Shown: in pieces, positions 18,285-26,339 of the stretch
Layout of the letters: each line of letters begins with the position of its first letter
Position numbering within the stretch: the stretch's first letter is position 1
Virus record (IMG/VR): IMGVR_UViG_3300048902_000029
Span: 1-50,352 of that record
Direction: 5' to 3' (one strand)
Length of the DNA stretch: 50,352 bases
Source: a virus
Lineage: Duplodnaviria; Caudoviricetes
Made by a program: the position numbers and the translations under genes
Notes under the pieces: model-generated
What the model saw: the letters and a program-made list of their open reading frames with translations, nothing else
What the model was told of the DNA's origin: nothing
The model's database searches: none

Positions 18285-20486
18285 ATGGAATCAGTGGTTC
18301 GTACCTTCCTAAAAATGGCCTACGGCCCTGAGGCCGAAGGTTACATGTGCATTGCGTTCCTGTCACACGACAGGGACCGTAAGCGAGAGATGACCGAGAA
18401 GTTCTTCCACTACCCCGAAGAGGTCGACCAGGCCGCTAGGGCTGTGCAAGATGGTAAGCTCATCTCGGACGTCTACTATTGTCCGCAGCTCTTCGAGACG
18501 AAGCGTCGCAAGAAGGATAACGTCAAGACCTGTCCTACTGTTTGGGCCGACCTGGACGATTGTCCTCCAGACGTGCTTCTTGTTCGTCCGAACCTACTTA
18601 TCGAATCATCACCCGGTAGACATCAAGCCCTGTGGCGTCTGTCGCATACAGCCCTGCCGCACGAGGCTGAGGACATCAGCAAGCGCATCGCTTACTTCCA
18701 TGCGGAGGACGGATGTGACCGAAGCGGTTGGGACCTCACGCAGTTGCTCCGAGTTCCGACGACGCCGAACTACAAGTACAGTGGTGAACCTACTGTAGAG
18801 GTCGTTGACTCCATCAATGGCCTGTACGTGGTTAGTGACTTCGAGATGTATCCCGAAGTCAAGCACAGTCAGTTCCTCAAGACGCCTATGCCGACTTCAG
18901 ATCAGCTACCTGACGACGAGCCGGAAGACCTTCTGCAGGGCAAGTACAAGCACGCATTGCTCCCACCCGTGTACGACCTGTTTCACCTCACACCAGAGAA
19001 TGGTCAGGACTGGTCGGAGAAGCTCTGGAAGCTAGAGATGTCCCTCTTCGAGATGGGCATGGAGCGTGAAGAGGTATTCGTCGTAGCATGGGATGCGGCG
19101 TGCAATAAGTACAAGCGTGACGGTAAGGATCCAGAGTACTTGTGGGTCGAAGTCTGTAGGGCTTTCGTCCACTACCAAGAACGTGTCAATGCTATCATCT
19201 TCCCTGGCGCCGAGATCGTCGACCTCATGTCCGAAGAGGAAGAGCTAATCGCCAAGGAACAGGAAGGATTCGTAGAGAGGTACATCGAATGGGCGAGCAG
19301 CCTTGGAGATGCGGCTACACAATACCATCAAGCAGGTGCCTTCACTATCCTAAGTGCCTTGCTTTCGGGGAGAGTGACCCTGCCGACGTCTTACGGACCC
19401 GTTGTACCGAACCTGTGGTTCATGATTCTGGGCGACACGACGTTGACTCGGAAGACCACGGCGATGGACATCGCGACCGACCTTCTGATGGAAGTGGACC
19501 CCGACGTGATCTTGGCGACGGATGGTTCAGTCGAGGGTCTTATGCAACAGCTGTCAACGAGGCCAAAGAGACCGTCTATTTTCTTGCGTGACGAGTTCAG
19601 CGGTCTGCTGGAGATGATCACTAAGAAGGACTACTATGCAGGAATGGCTGAGACTCTCACCAAGCTGTACGATGGAAAGATGCAAAAGAGAGTGCTGCGG
19701 AAGGAGGAGGTTGTTGTACGAAACCCAATCCTTCTCATCTTCGCTGGAGGAATTCGAAACCGAGTCCAGGGCCTACTCACGCACGAGCACGTATCTTCCG
19801 GATTCATCCCACGCTTTATTTTCGTCACTGCAGAGTCTGACACGTCTCGTCTCCAACCCCTCGGACCGCCTACAGCACAAGTACTAGGCAACAAGCATCT
19901 CCTCCTGGATGAGATGAGGAAGCTTCAAGAACACTACGGCCAAACACGTGCAGTGCACATCAAGGCCATCGGTGAGACAATGAATACGGAGGCGCGAACA
20001 GACGCTGAGCTAACACCTGAGGCATGGTTGAGGTACAACGAACTCGAGTCTCGTCTATTGCAGTCTGGTCTTGATAGCGAGAAGCCAGAACTGATGACGC
20101 CTCTCTTCGATCGCCTAGCTAAGAACACTCTGAAGGCTGCAGTCCTTCTTGCCGCAGCACGTTCGGTTGGTCAGCAAGGCGTTACGGTAGAGGTTAGTGA
20201 TATCCTCCATGCCGTCCGCTACTGCAAACAGTGGAGAGCGTACGCCATCGAGGTTGTCAATGGCATCGGCAAGACAACACTCGAACGTGAACTGGAAAGA
20301 ATCCTCAACGCCATCGTGAAGCGGCCAGGCATTTCGAGGTCGCAGCTCATGCAGAGCTACCATCTCACAGCACGTGATGCCACTGCCATGTTCGACACGT
20401 TGATCCAACGCAGCCTGATTACCATGAAGCGCACGGAGGGTACCGGAGCGCAAATGTATTACGCCCTAACAGGAGGAGCAAAGTGA
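18285..20486 (+). CDS. RepB-like primase fused to a DUF3987-type helicase/ATPase
   Basis: WADLD, ESSPGRHQALW, LLRVP..NYKY primase motifs; NLWFMILG...RKTT, DEFSG. Confidence 0.85.
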   Translation: MESVVRTFLKMAYGPEAEGYMCIAFLSHDRDRKREMTEKFFHYPEEVDQAARAVQDGKLISDVYYCPQLFETKRRKKDNVKTCPTVWADLDDCPPDVLLVRPNLLIESSPGRHQALWRLSHTALPHEAEDISKRIAYFHAEDGCDRSGWDLTQLLRVPTTPNYKYSGEPTVEVVDSINGLYVVSDFEMYPEVKHSQFLKTPMPTSDQLPDDEPEDLLQGKYKHALLPPVYDLFHLTPENGQDWSEKLWKLEMSLFEMGMEREEVFVVAWDAACNKYKRDGKDPEYLWVEVCRAFVHYQERVNAIIFPGAEIVDLMSEEEELIAKEQEGFVERYIEWASSLGDAATQYHQAGAFTILSALLSGRVTLPTSYGPVVPNLWFMILGDTTLTRKTTAMDIATDLLMEVDPDVILATDGSVEGLMQQLSTRPKRPSIFLRDEFSGLLEMITKKDYYAGMAETLTKLYDGKMQKRVLRKEEVVVRNPILLIFAGGIRNRVQGLLTHEHVSSGFIPRFIFVTAESDTSRLQPLGPPTAQVLGNKHLLLDEMRKLQEHYGQTRAVHIKAIGETMNTEARTDAELTPEAWLRYNELESRLLQSGLDSEKPELMTPLFDRLAKNTLKAAVLLAAARSVGQQGVTVEVSDILHAVRYCKQWRAYAIEVVNGIGKTTLERELERILNAIVKRPGISRSQLMQSYHLTARDATAMFDTLIQRSLITMKRTEGTGAQMYYALTGGAK

Positions 20487-21313
20487 AGCAGCACGACAGC
20501 GTCGCCATCTTCAGTGGCGGCCTCGACAGTACTACCCTGGTGTACGAGATGCTGCAGCAGGGTCTGACTCCGCACCTGCTGTCCTTCGACTACGGTCAGC
20601 GACACAGCAAGGAGCTTCTCTTTGCAGAGGCTACCGCACACAAGCTAGGTCTCCGATGGGACATCGTCGACCTGACTGGACTCACGAGCCTAATTAGCAA
20701 CTCGGCCCTCACCTCCCCGAAGCGTGACGAGTCGAAGATCGTTCACCTGTCCGGCGATGACGGTGGTGACGGCATGGGCTGGATCGAGGTGCCGGAGGGT
20801 CACTACGCCGAAGACAACATGAAGCTCACCGTGGTACCCAACCGGAACATGATCATGCTGAGCATCGCCGCCGGCGTCATGGTCAACAACAGCTACAAGC
20901 TTCTGGCTACAGGCGTTCACAGCGGAGACCACTTCGTCTACCCTGACTGCCGACCGAACTTCCTGACAGCTCTCAATGCTGCGATCGTGTTCGGCAACGA
21001 AGGCTTCGGAGCTGTACCCAAGCTGGAGGAGTCGCCGCAGATGGCTGGACTCATCTACGCTCCCTTCCTGATGAAGTCCAAAGCGGACATCGCCTACGAA
21101 GCTCTGAACCTGAGTGTTCCGCTGGAGGACACGTGGAGCTGCTACAAGGGCTATCAAGTTCACTGCGGTAGGTGTGGTACATGCGTCGAGCGTCTCGAGG
21201 CCATCTACGAAGCAGAGCTTCGTTTCAACGACGTCGAAACCAGTGCAGGTCTTACCTGGCACGACAAGACTGTGTACGAGGACAACACCTACTGGAAGAC
21301 GGTGACCAAGTGA
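20483..21313 (+). CDS. queC: 7-cyano-7-deazaguanine (preQ0) synthase
   Basis: SGGLDS PP-loop, FDYGQRH..E, VPNRN, YPDCR, TWSCY...CGRCGTC. Confidence 0.96.
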   Translation: MKQHDSVAIFSGGLDSTTLVYEMLQQGLTPHLLSFDYGQRHSKELLFAEATAHKLGLRWDIVDLTGLTSLISNSALTSPKRDESKIVHLSGDDGGDGMGWIEVPEGHYAEDNMKLTVVPNRNMIMLSIAAGVMVNNSYKLLATGVHSGDHFVYPDCRPNFLTALNAAIVFGNEGFGAVPKLEESPQMAGLIYAPFLMKSKADIAYEALNLSVPLEDTWSCYKGYQVHCGRCGTCVERLEAIYEAELRFNDVETSAGLTWHDKTVYEDNTYWKTVTK

Positions 21314-21456
21314 GTCTGTTCCGAAAGAGTGAGACCGGCTGGGGTGGTACCTCTGGTGGAGGTAGCAAGGCGATGGTTATTATCGCTGCAGCCATCTTCG
21401 GCATCCCCACTCTGGGTGTGATCGGTTCGATCGGGTACGTGATCTTCGGTGGGTAG
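21310..21456 (+). CDS. Single-TM microprotein, array member 1 (48 aa)
   Basis: GTGA overlap with queC; ...SGGGSKAMVIIAAAIFGIPTLGVIGSIGYVIFGG. Confidence 0.65.
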   Translation: MSLFRKSETGWGGTSGGGSKAMVIIAAAIFGIPTLGVIGSIGYVIFGG

Positions 21457-21634
21457 GAACCAACCACGGTATCGCCCAGCGAACCACCCGTTCCAGACGG
21501 GGCCGCAACGCGTACCTCCGAGCAAGGGATCTGGAGGTGGTAGCAAGTCAATGGTGATCATCGCTGCCATCACCTTCGGAGCTCCTGTCGTAGTATTCCT
21601 CAGTGCTGTGGGATACGTGATCGCGGGTGGGTAA
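21449..21634 (+). CDS. Single-TM microprotein, array member 2 (61 aa)
   Basis: Paralog of member 1: SGGGSKSMVIIAAITFGAPVVVFLSAVGYVIAGG. Confidence 0.7.
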   Translation: MGRNQPRYRPANHPFQTGPQRVPPSKGSGGGSKSMVIIAAITFGAPVVVFLSAVGYVIAGG

Positions 21635-21779
21635 CGAATGGCGTAATCCGCCCAAGCGTCCGAAGCCTCCGCCAAGTACTGACAAAGGTCACGACCTGCT
21701 ACCGTGCAGTCTGGTAGCGCTAGCCATCCTGGCTATGCCTACAGGTCTACTAGTCTTCGGCCTATTGAGGGTCGGATAA
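21627..21779 (+). CDS. Single-TM microprotein, array member 3 (50 aa, not in track)
   Basis: Same GGTGGGTA start/stop overlap; MGNEWRNPPKRPKPPPSTDKGHDLLPCSLVALAILAMPTGLLVFGLLRVG. Confidence 0.6.
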   Translation: MGNEWRNPPKRPKPPPSTDKGHDLLPCSLVALAILAMPTGLLVFGLLRVG

Positions 21780-21792
21780 AGAAAGGAACGGT

Positions 21793-22722
21793 ATGCGTAT
21801 CAAGAAGACACTGACCGTTGGAGTGGCGATGGTATCGCTGTTCTTCGGCGTGCAGACGATCGGCTTCGAGCCGGTGCGTGCTGCAGAGAAGTTCTCGGCC
21901 AACAATCCTCCGGCAATCTCGTCGGCGGACAAGCTCAACACTCCTACCGTCGCACAGCGTGACGGTCTGAAGGGTCGTGCAGGTAAGGCGCCCGCGGGTA
22001 GCCCCACCGCTCGCCTGGGTGGGCCGTACTACTTCTACGCGGCCGGTCAGCAACAGCCTGCAGTACCGCCCACCGATTCGATCAGCGCAGCCATGAACGT
22101 CGGAAACCCTTGGGTCTCGGCATACGACTGGCACACGCTGACTGAGATGGCTTGGCAGAACACTTCTGGTACCAACAACGTCGAGCTGGGCGTGACCCGT
22201 GACCTGACTACCTTCGGTGACACGAAGCCGCGGATCTTCGCGTACTCGTGGATCAACGGAGTCGGCCAGGGCTACAACACCAACTTCGTCAACTACTCGG
22301 GCCGTACCTACACAGTAGGCGATGACCTTACGGCTGACGTCGGCACTGAGCAGCTCTTCGGTATCAGCCAGACGGCTACGGCGTACTGGTTGAGCTACAA
22401 GAACACCTGGCTGGGGTACTACCTCAAGACGAACTGGTCGGGCTACAGCCCTTCGCAGACACCTCCCAACGGTGGTAAGCTGCAATTCTTCGGTGAGGTC
22501 GCAGCTGGTAGCACTACGCCGTGCACGGACATGGGTGGTGCACCTGCACCGCTCGCTACGAGCACGGTTGGTACGCGTATCGCTTCTGTGACCTACACAG
22601 GGACGCCTACGCCGACCACAGAGAACCTGAGCATGTTCACCAGCAACTCGGCTTGGTACAACGCTGCACTCATCGGCAGCAGTACTCGATCGCTTCGCTA
22701 CGGTGGCCCTGGCTCCTGCTAG
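21793..22722 (+). CDS. Secreted neprosin-like (DUF239) glutamic prolyl endopeptidase
   Basis: Signal peptide; neprosin-order motifs VELG..., FGD.KPRIF.Y.W, GYN..FV, YWL....WLGYY, FFGEV, DMG. Confidence 0.7.
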   Translation: MRIKKTLTVGVAMVSLFFGVQTIGFEPVRAAEKFSANNPPAISSADKLNTPTVAQRDGLKGRAGKAPAGSPTARLGGPYYFYAAGQQQPAVPPTDSISAAMNVGNPWVSAYDWHTLTEMAWQNTSGTNNVELGVTRDLTTFGDTKPRIFAYSWINGVGQGYNTNFVNYSGRTYTVGDDLTADVGTEQLFGISQTATAYWLSYKNTWLGYYLKTNWSGYSPSQTPPNGGKLQFFGEVAAGSTTPCTDMGGAPAPLATSTVGTRIASVTYTGTPTPTTENLSMFTSNSAWYNAALIGSSTRSLRYGGPGSC

Positions 22723-22855
22723 TGTAACAGGTCTCCAGTGTGCGCTCACAGATCGGCACTGGAGTACGAAGGCGTGTGGAGTTTGAGTTAGCTTCATACC
22801 GCTTGTTTAACATCCTCTCTGACTCACTACACAACACCACACGGCGGAGGGTCCA

Positions 22856-23413
22856 ATGCGTTTGAAGATCAGGCACAACATGGAGATAGCTCACAGGCTG
22901 TCTCTTGACACTGGTAAGTGTCAGAACATCCACGGCCATGGTATGCAGGTCGAGTTGGTCCTGCTTGTCTCACCTGGGCCTGAAGGCATGGCCGTGAATG
23001 GTCGGGGTGACAAGCTGGAGTTCGGCGCCATGAAGAAGGCGTTCCGAAAGTACATCGATGAGGTGTACGATCACCGACTCGTCCTGAACCAGGAGGACGA
23101 GTGGGCGCAGCCGATCTACCAGGTCGCTGAGGTCCAGACGTACATGACCTACAAGGTGATGACCGAGGGCGAGGGGCCCGAGGAGGTCTTGAAGGCGAAG
23201 CTGACCAACGACCAGAAGTTCCTGCCGGGTCTGTCCCTCGTGCGTGCAGATCCTACGGTCGAGAACCTGGCCAAGTGGATTGCCGAATGGGCGTGCCACC
23301 AGTTCAGCTGCGACGTGATCTGTCGCATCGACGAAACCAAAACCAACGGTGCCGAGGCCATGTATCAGTTCGCTGGTCAGCTCGGCCCACGATTCGCAGA
23401 GGGTGCACGATGA
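22856..23413 (+). CDS. queD: 6-carboxytetrahydropterin synthase
   Basis: AHRL, CQNIHGH, FG..K, DHR.LN, PTVENLA, ET motifs. Confidence 0.92.
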   Translation: MRLKIRHNMEIAHRLSLDTGKCQNIHGHGMQVELVLLVSPGPEGMAVNGRGDKLEFGAMKKAFRKYIDEVYDHRLVLNQEDEWAQPIYQVAEVQTYMTYKVMTEGEGPEEVLKAKLTNDQKFLPGLSLVRADPTVENLAKWIAEWACHQFSCDVICRIDETKTNGAEAMYQFAGQLGPRFAEGAR

Positions 23414-24108
23414 GTCTGAGGGTGATCGAAGTCTATGGCAGTTATCAGGGAGAGGGACCGAACACGTCTCGGCCCACTACCTTCGTCCGTTTTGCTGGCT
23501 GCAACTTCAAGTGCCCTCTCTGGCCTTGCGACACGCAGCACGCAATCGATCCGAAACTCTTCAAGGACAAGCAACGGTTCCTTTCTCCGGCAGAGTTGGC
23601 CGATGAAGTCTTCAACATCGGGATCAACAACGTCTGCCTCACGGGTGGTGAGGTCTTCCTTCAGAACAAGGAAGCACTGATCGAGTTCACCAACATCCTG
23701 GTGGAACACGGTATCGAGATTGAGTGCTTCACTAACGGTGCACTGAAGTGGTACGACGTAGTCGTCCAGAACACTGACTACATCATCATGGACTGGAAGC
23801 TTCCGGGTAGTGGTGAGTCGTACGAGAACGACGGTGTGTTCCGAGGTAACTTCGAGCAGCTGAACTGTCTCGATGCTATCAAGTTCACCATCGCAGATCG
23901 CAACGACTACGAAACGGCACGTGACCGTTACATCAGAATCGTCACGACGATTCCCATGAAGAACCGTCCGACGGTATTTGCAGGCGTCGTTTGGGGTAAG
24001 CTTCAGACGGAAGAGCTCTGCAAGTGGATGCTTGAGGACCAGCTCGACTGGAGCCTCAACGTTCAGGTACACAAGTTCATCTGGCATCCAGACAAGATCG
24101 GGGTGTAG
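23410..24108 (+). CDS. queE: 7-carboxy-7-deazaguanine synthase (radical SAM)
   Basis: QGEG, FVRFAGCNFKC..W.CDT, TGGE, D.K.PGSG, Q.HK.IW. Confidence 0.93.
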   Translation: MSLRVIEVYGSYQGEGPNTSRPTTFVRFAGCNFKCPLWPCDTQHAIDPKLFKDKQRFLSPAELADEVFNIGINNVCLTGGEVFLQNKEALIEFTNILVEHGIEIECFTNGALKWYDVVVQNTDYIIMDWKLPGSGESYENDGVFRGNFEQLNCLDAIKFTIADRNDYETARDRYIRIVTTIPMKNRPTVFAGVVWGKLQTEELCKWMLEDQLDWSLNVQVHKFIWHPDKIGV

Positions 24109-24109
24109 T

Positions 24110-24325
24110 ATGCCGAGTCCACATGGACGTAAGCCACCCAATCCTCTCTACGTTCCGAAGCAGCACGGACGTAAGCCTAGTGCTCCCAAGCCGTACAAGA
24201 GTAGCGGGAAGTCTTCGTCAAGCACTACAGGACCTATCACTGCCTTCGCGGCAGTTATCTTTGCCGCACCCGCTCTGGTAACTGTAAGTGTTATCGTATA
24301 CGCAGTTGTGAACAAGGGAGCTTGA
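24110..24325 (+). CDS. Single-TM microprotein, dispersed array member 4 (71 aa)
   Basis: Pro/Lys-rich N-terminus with HGRKP twice, then AAVIFAAP...IVYAVV TM. Confidence 0.65.
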   Translation: MPSPHGRKPPNPLYVPKQHGRKPSAPKPYKSSGKSSSSTTGPITAFAAVIFAAPALVTVSVIVYAVVNKGA

Positions 24326-24900
24326 CGTTGGAACTCTTCGACAATGACGAGCACGCTGCACCTGACTGTGCTGAGGACCTTCTAGTCCACTTCGCAGGTC
24401 TGCAGATGAACGAGCATGGTGCTGAGACGCCGAAGCGCTTTCTGTCCATGCTGGACGAACTGACGAAGTGCAAGGACTGTGATGGTACCTGCATGAAGTG
24501 GAAGGCGTTCGCAGAGGATGACATCGACCAGATGATCATCATCAAGAAGATTCCCTTCAGCAGTGTGTGTAACCATCATGTCATTCCGTTCGTCGGCTTC
24601 GCTTACATCGGCTACGTGCCCAGTGACACGGTTGCCGGCTTGTCGAAGTTCGCTCGGGTGGTTCACCACTTCGCACACAAGCTTCAGGTGCAGGAGAACC
24701 TCACGGCGGAGGTTGCAGACTTCCTAGAGGATGCTTTGACTCCGAAGGGTGTCATGGTCGTCATGGAAGCAGAGCACCTGTGCATGACAATTCGTGGAGT
24801 GCAAACTCCTGGTACCACAACGCGAACCGTCGTTACTCGTGGCGTGTTCGCTGATCACAGTCGTACGGCGAAGATGGAATTCCTGGAGGGAATCAAATGA
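24322..24900 (+). CDS. folE: GTP cyclohydrolase I
   Basis: ETPKR, CNHH.IPF.G, GLSKFAR, LQVQE.LT, EHLCM.IRGV. Confidence 0.95.
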   Translation: MTLELFDNDEHAAPDCAEDLLVHFAGLQMNEHGAETPKRFLSMLDELTKCKDCDGTCMKWKAFAEDDIDQMIIIKKIPFSSVCNHHVIPFVGFAYIGYVPSDTVAGLSKFARVVHHFAHKLQVQENLTAEVADFLEDALTPKGVMVVMEAEHLCMTIRGVQTPGTTTRTVVTRGVFADHSRTAKMEFLEGIK

Positions 24901-25277
24901 GTATTCACGGAGACCACCCGCAAGAGCCTAGTAGTGGCGCGGTGTGGAATGATGGCCTTCACTTTCTGATGAGTCAGGCCACGGAAGACAGCAACCGCTG
25001 GTTCCCTGGCAAGGCTCAGGAACTCCCGAACCTCGTCCTCTGCATGTGCGGTGAAGCTGGTGAGGTCGCTAACCTCGTCAAGAAGATCGTACGCGGATCG
25101 ATCACCATCCAGGACGCCAAGGATCGAGGCCTCGAAGAGGAGATCGTTGACGTTCTGATCTACCTCCTCAACCTGATGGGTGCTAAGGAGTTCAAGGATA
25201 CGGACTGGATGAAGATCTGGTATGCGAAGAGGATCTTTAACGAGGAGCGGTTCGGTCTGGAGGCTGACAGTGAGTGA
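24897..25277 (+). CDS. MazG-like nucleotide pyrophosphohydrolase
   Basis: GEAGEVANLVKK...EEIVDVLIY (ExxE...ExxD). Confidence 0.88.
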   Translation: MSIHGDHPQEPSSGAVWNDGLHFLMSQATEDSNRWFPGKAQELPNLVLCMCGEAGEVANLVKKIVRGSITIQDAKDRGLEEEIVDVLIYLLNLMGAKEFKDTDWMKIWYAKRIFNEERFGLEADSE

Positions 25278-25569
25278 GCTCGAAGACAAGATCAACCAGT
25301 ACGCTCTGGAGTACGACCAGAAGACGTACGAGCGTCACATCGCAGGCGAAGAGAAGTACGGCGTAGGCACGTGGCTCAAGATCGATACCCTCCAGCACGC
25401 TATGGATGAGGTACTCGACTTGGGTAACTACGCCAAGTTCACCTTCATCAAGCTTCGACTTCTCCAGGACAAACTCGTGGAGTTCCAAGCCGATGCAAGT
25501 ATCGCACATGCACGTCCGGAGTACGACGGGACGTTGAACAAGCTTCACCAAGGAGGCCTACCAGGATGA
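25270..25569 (+). CDS. Second all-alpha NTP pyrophosphatase (MazG / dNTP diphosphohydrolase-like)
   Basis: G.EKYG...W...D.LQHAMDEVLD..NY pattern; GGAGG RBS. Confidence 0.6.
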   Translation: MSELEDKINQYALEYDQKTYERHIAGEEKYGVGTWLKIDTLQHAMDEVLDLGNYAKFTFIKLRLLQDKLVEFQADASIAHARPEYDGTLNKLHQGGLPG

Positions 25570-26339
25570 GAGCAGCACTGATCCCTCCGAAGGGATACTT
25601 CGACACAGCTCTGCTTTCCGACTACCACTTGATCTTGGCTCAGATCAAGGACCCCCTCTACATCGCAACGTACGTCAACGACGGTACAGACGACGACTTC
25701 CTGATCTTGGACAACGGTGCCGCTGAAGGTGGTTCTGTTTCCGACGAAGAGCTCTTGCGTGTTGCTGCACTGTACGGTGTCGACGAGGTCGTAGTTCCTG
25801 ACGTGATCGGTGACTTCAGGGAGACCATCGAACGTTGCAAAGGGTTCATGAGTACCTACGGCGTACACGTAGAAACTGGTGACTCGATCGGCTTCATGGG
25901 TGTACTCCAATCGAACGGTGCCAAGGGTGACTGGCTCGCCTGCATCGACGAGTACAGCAAGCACGCCTCGATCAAGACGCTAGGTATCCCTCGACACTTC
26001 GTCGACAAGGATCCGTACATGCGTCTCATGGTGTGTGAGTACATCAAGCAGAACGATCTCGGCGAACGGTTCGAAGTGCACCTGTTGGGGACGAATGCTA
26101 AGTTCCCTGCAGAGATCAAAATGCTTGCCAAGGAGCACGACTGGATCCGTGGTGTTGACAGCTCCATGCCGTACAACTACACCATGGATGGTAAGCAGCT
26201 CAAGCACATGCGACCAGGTGTAACACGTCCGGAGAATTACTTCGAGCACTATCATGTACCTATGCAGCAGAACCTGCTGACGAAGAACATCAACACGTAC
26301 TTGAGGTGGGCGAATGATCCCGAAAGCCCCTGGAGCTAA
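25566..26339 (+). CDS. TGT-fold base-exchange enzyme, DpdA-like 7-deazaguanine transglycosylase
   Basis: TGT motifs in order: ILDNG, VPDV, GVLQ, HLLG, GVDSS; located in the preQ0 cluster. Confidence 0.7.
   Translation: MRAALIPPKGYFDTALLSDYHLILAQIKDPLYIATYVNDGTDDDFLILDNGAAEGGSVSDEELLRVAALYGVDEVVVPDVIGDFRETIERCKGFMSTYGVHVETGDSIGFMGVLQSNGAKGDWLACIDEYSKHASIKTLGIPRHFVDKDPYMRLMVCEYIKQNDLGERFEVHLLGTNAKFPAEIKMLAKEHDWIRGVDSSMPYNYTMDGKQLKHMRPGVTRPENYFEHYHVPMQQNLLTKNINTYLRWANDPESPWS

Noticed and set aside
22734-22855. Canonical preQ1 riboswitch upstream of queD
   Set aside because: No AGAGGUUCUAG-type stem-loop or A-rich 3' tail recognisable.
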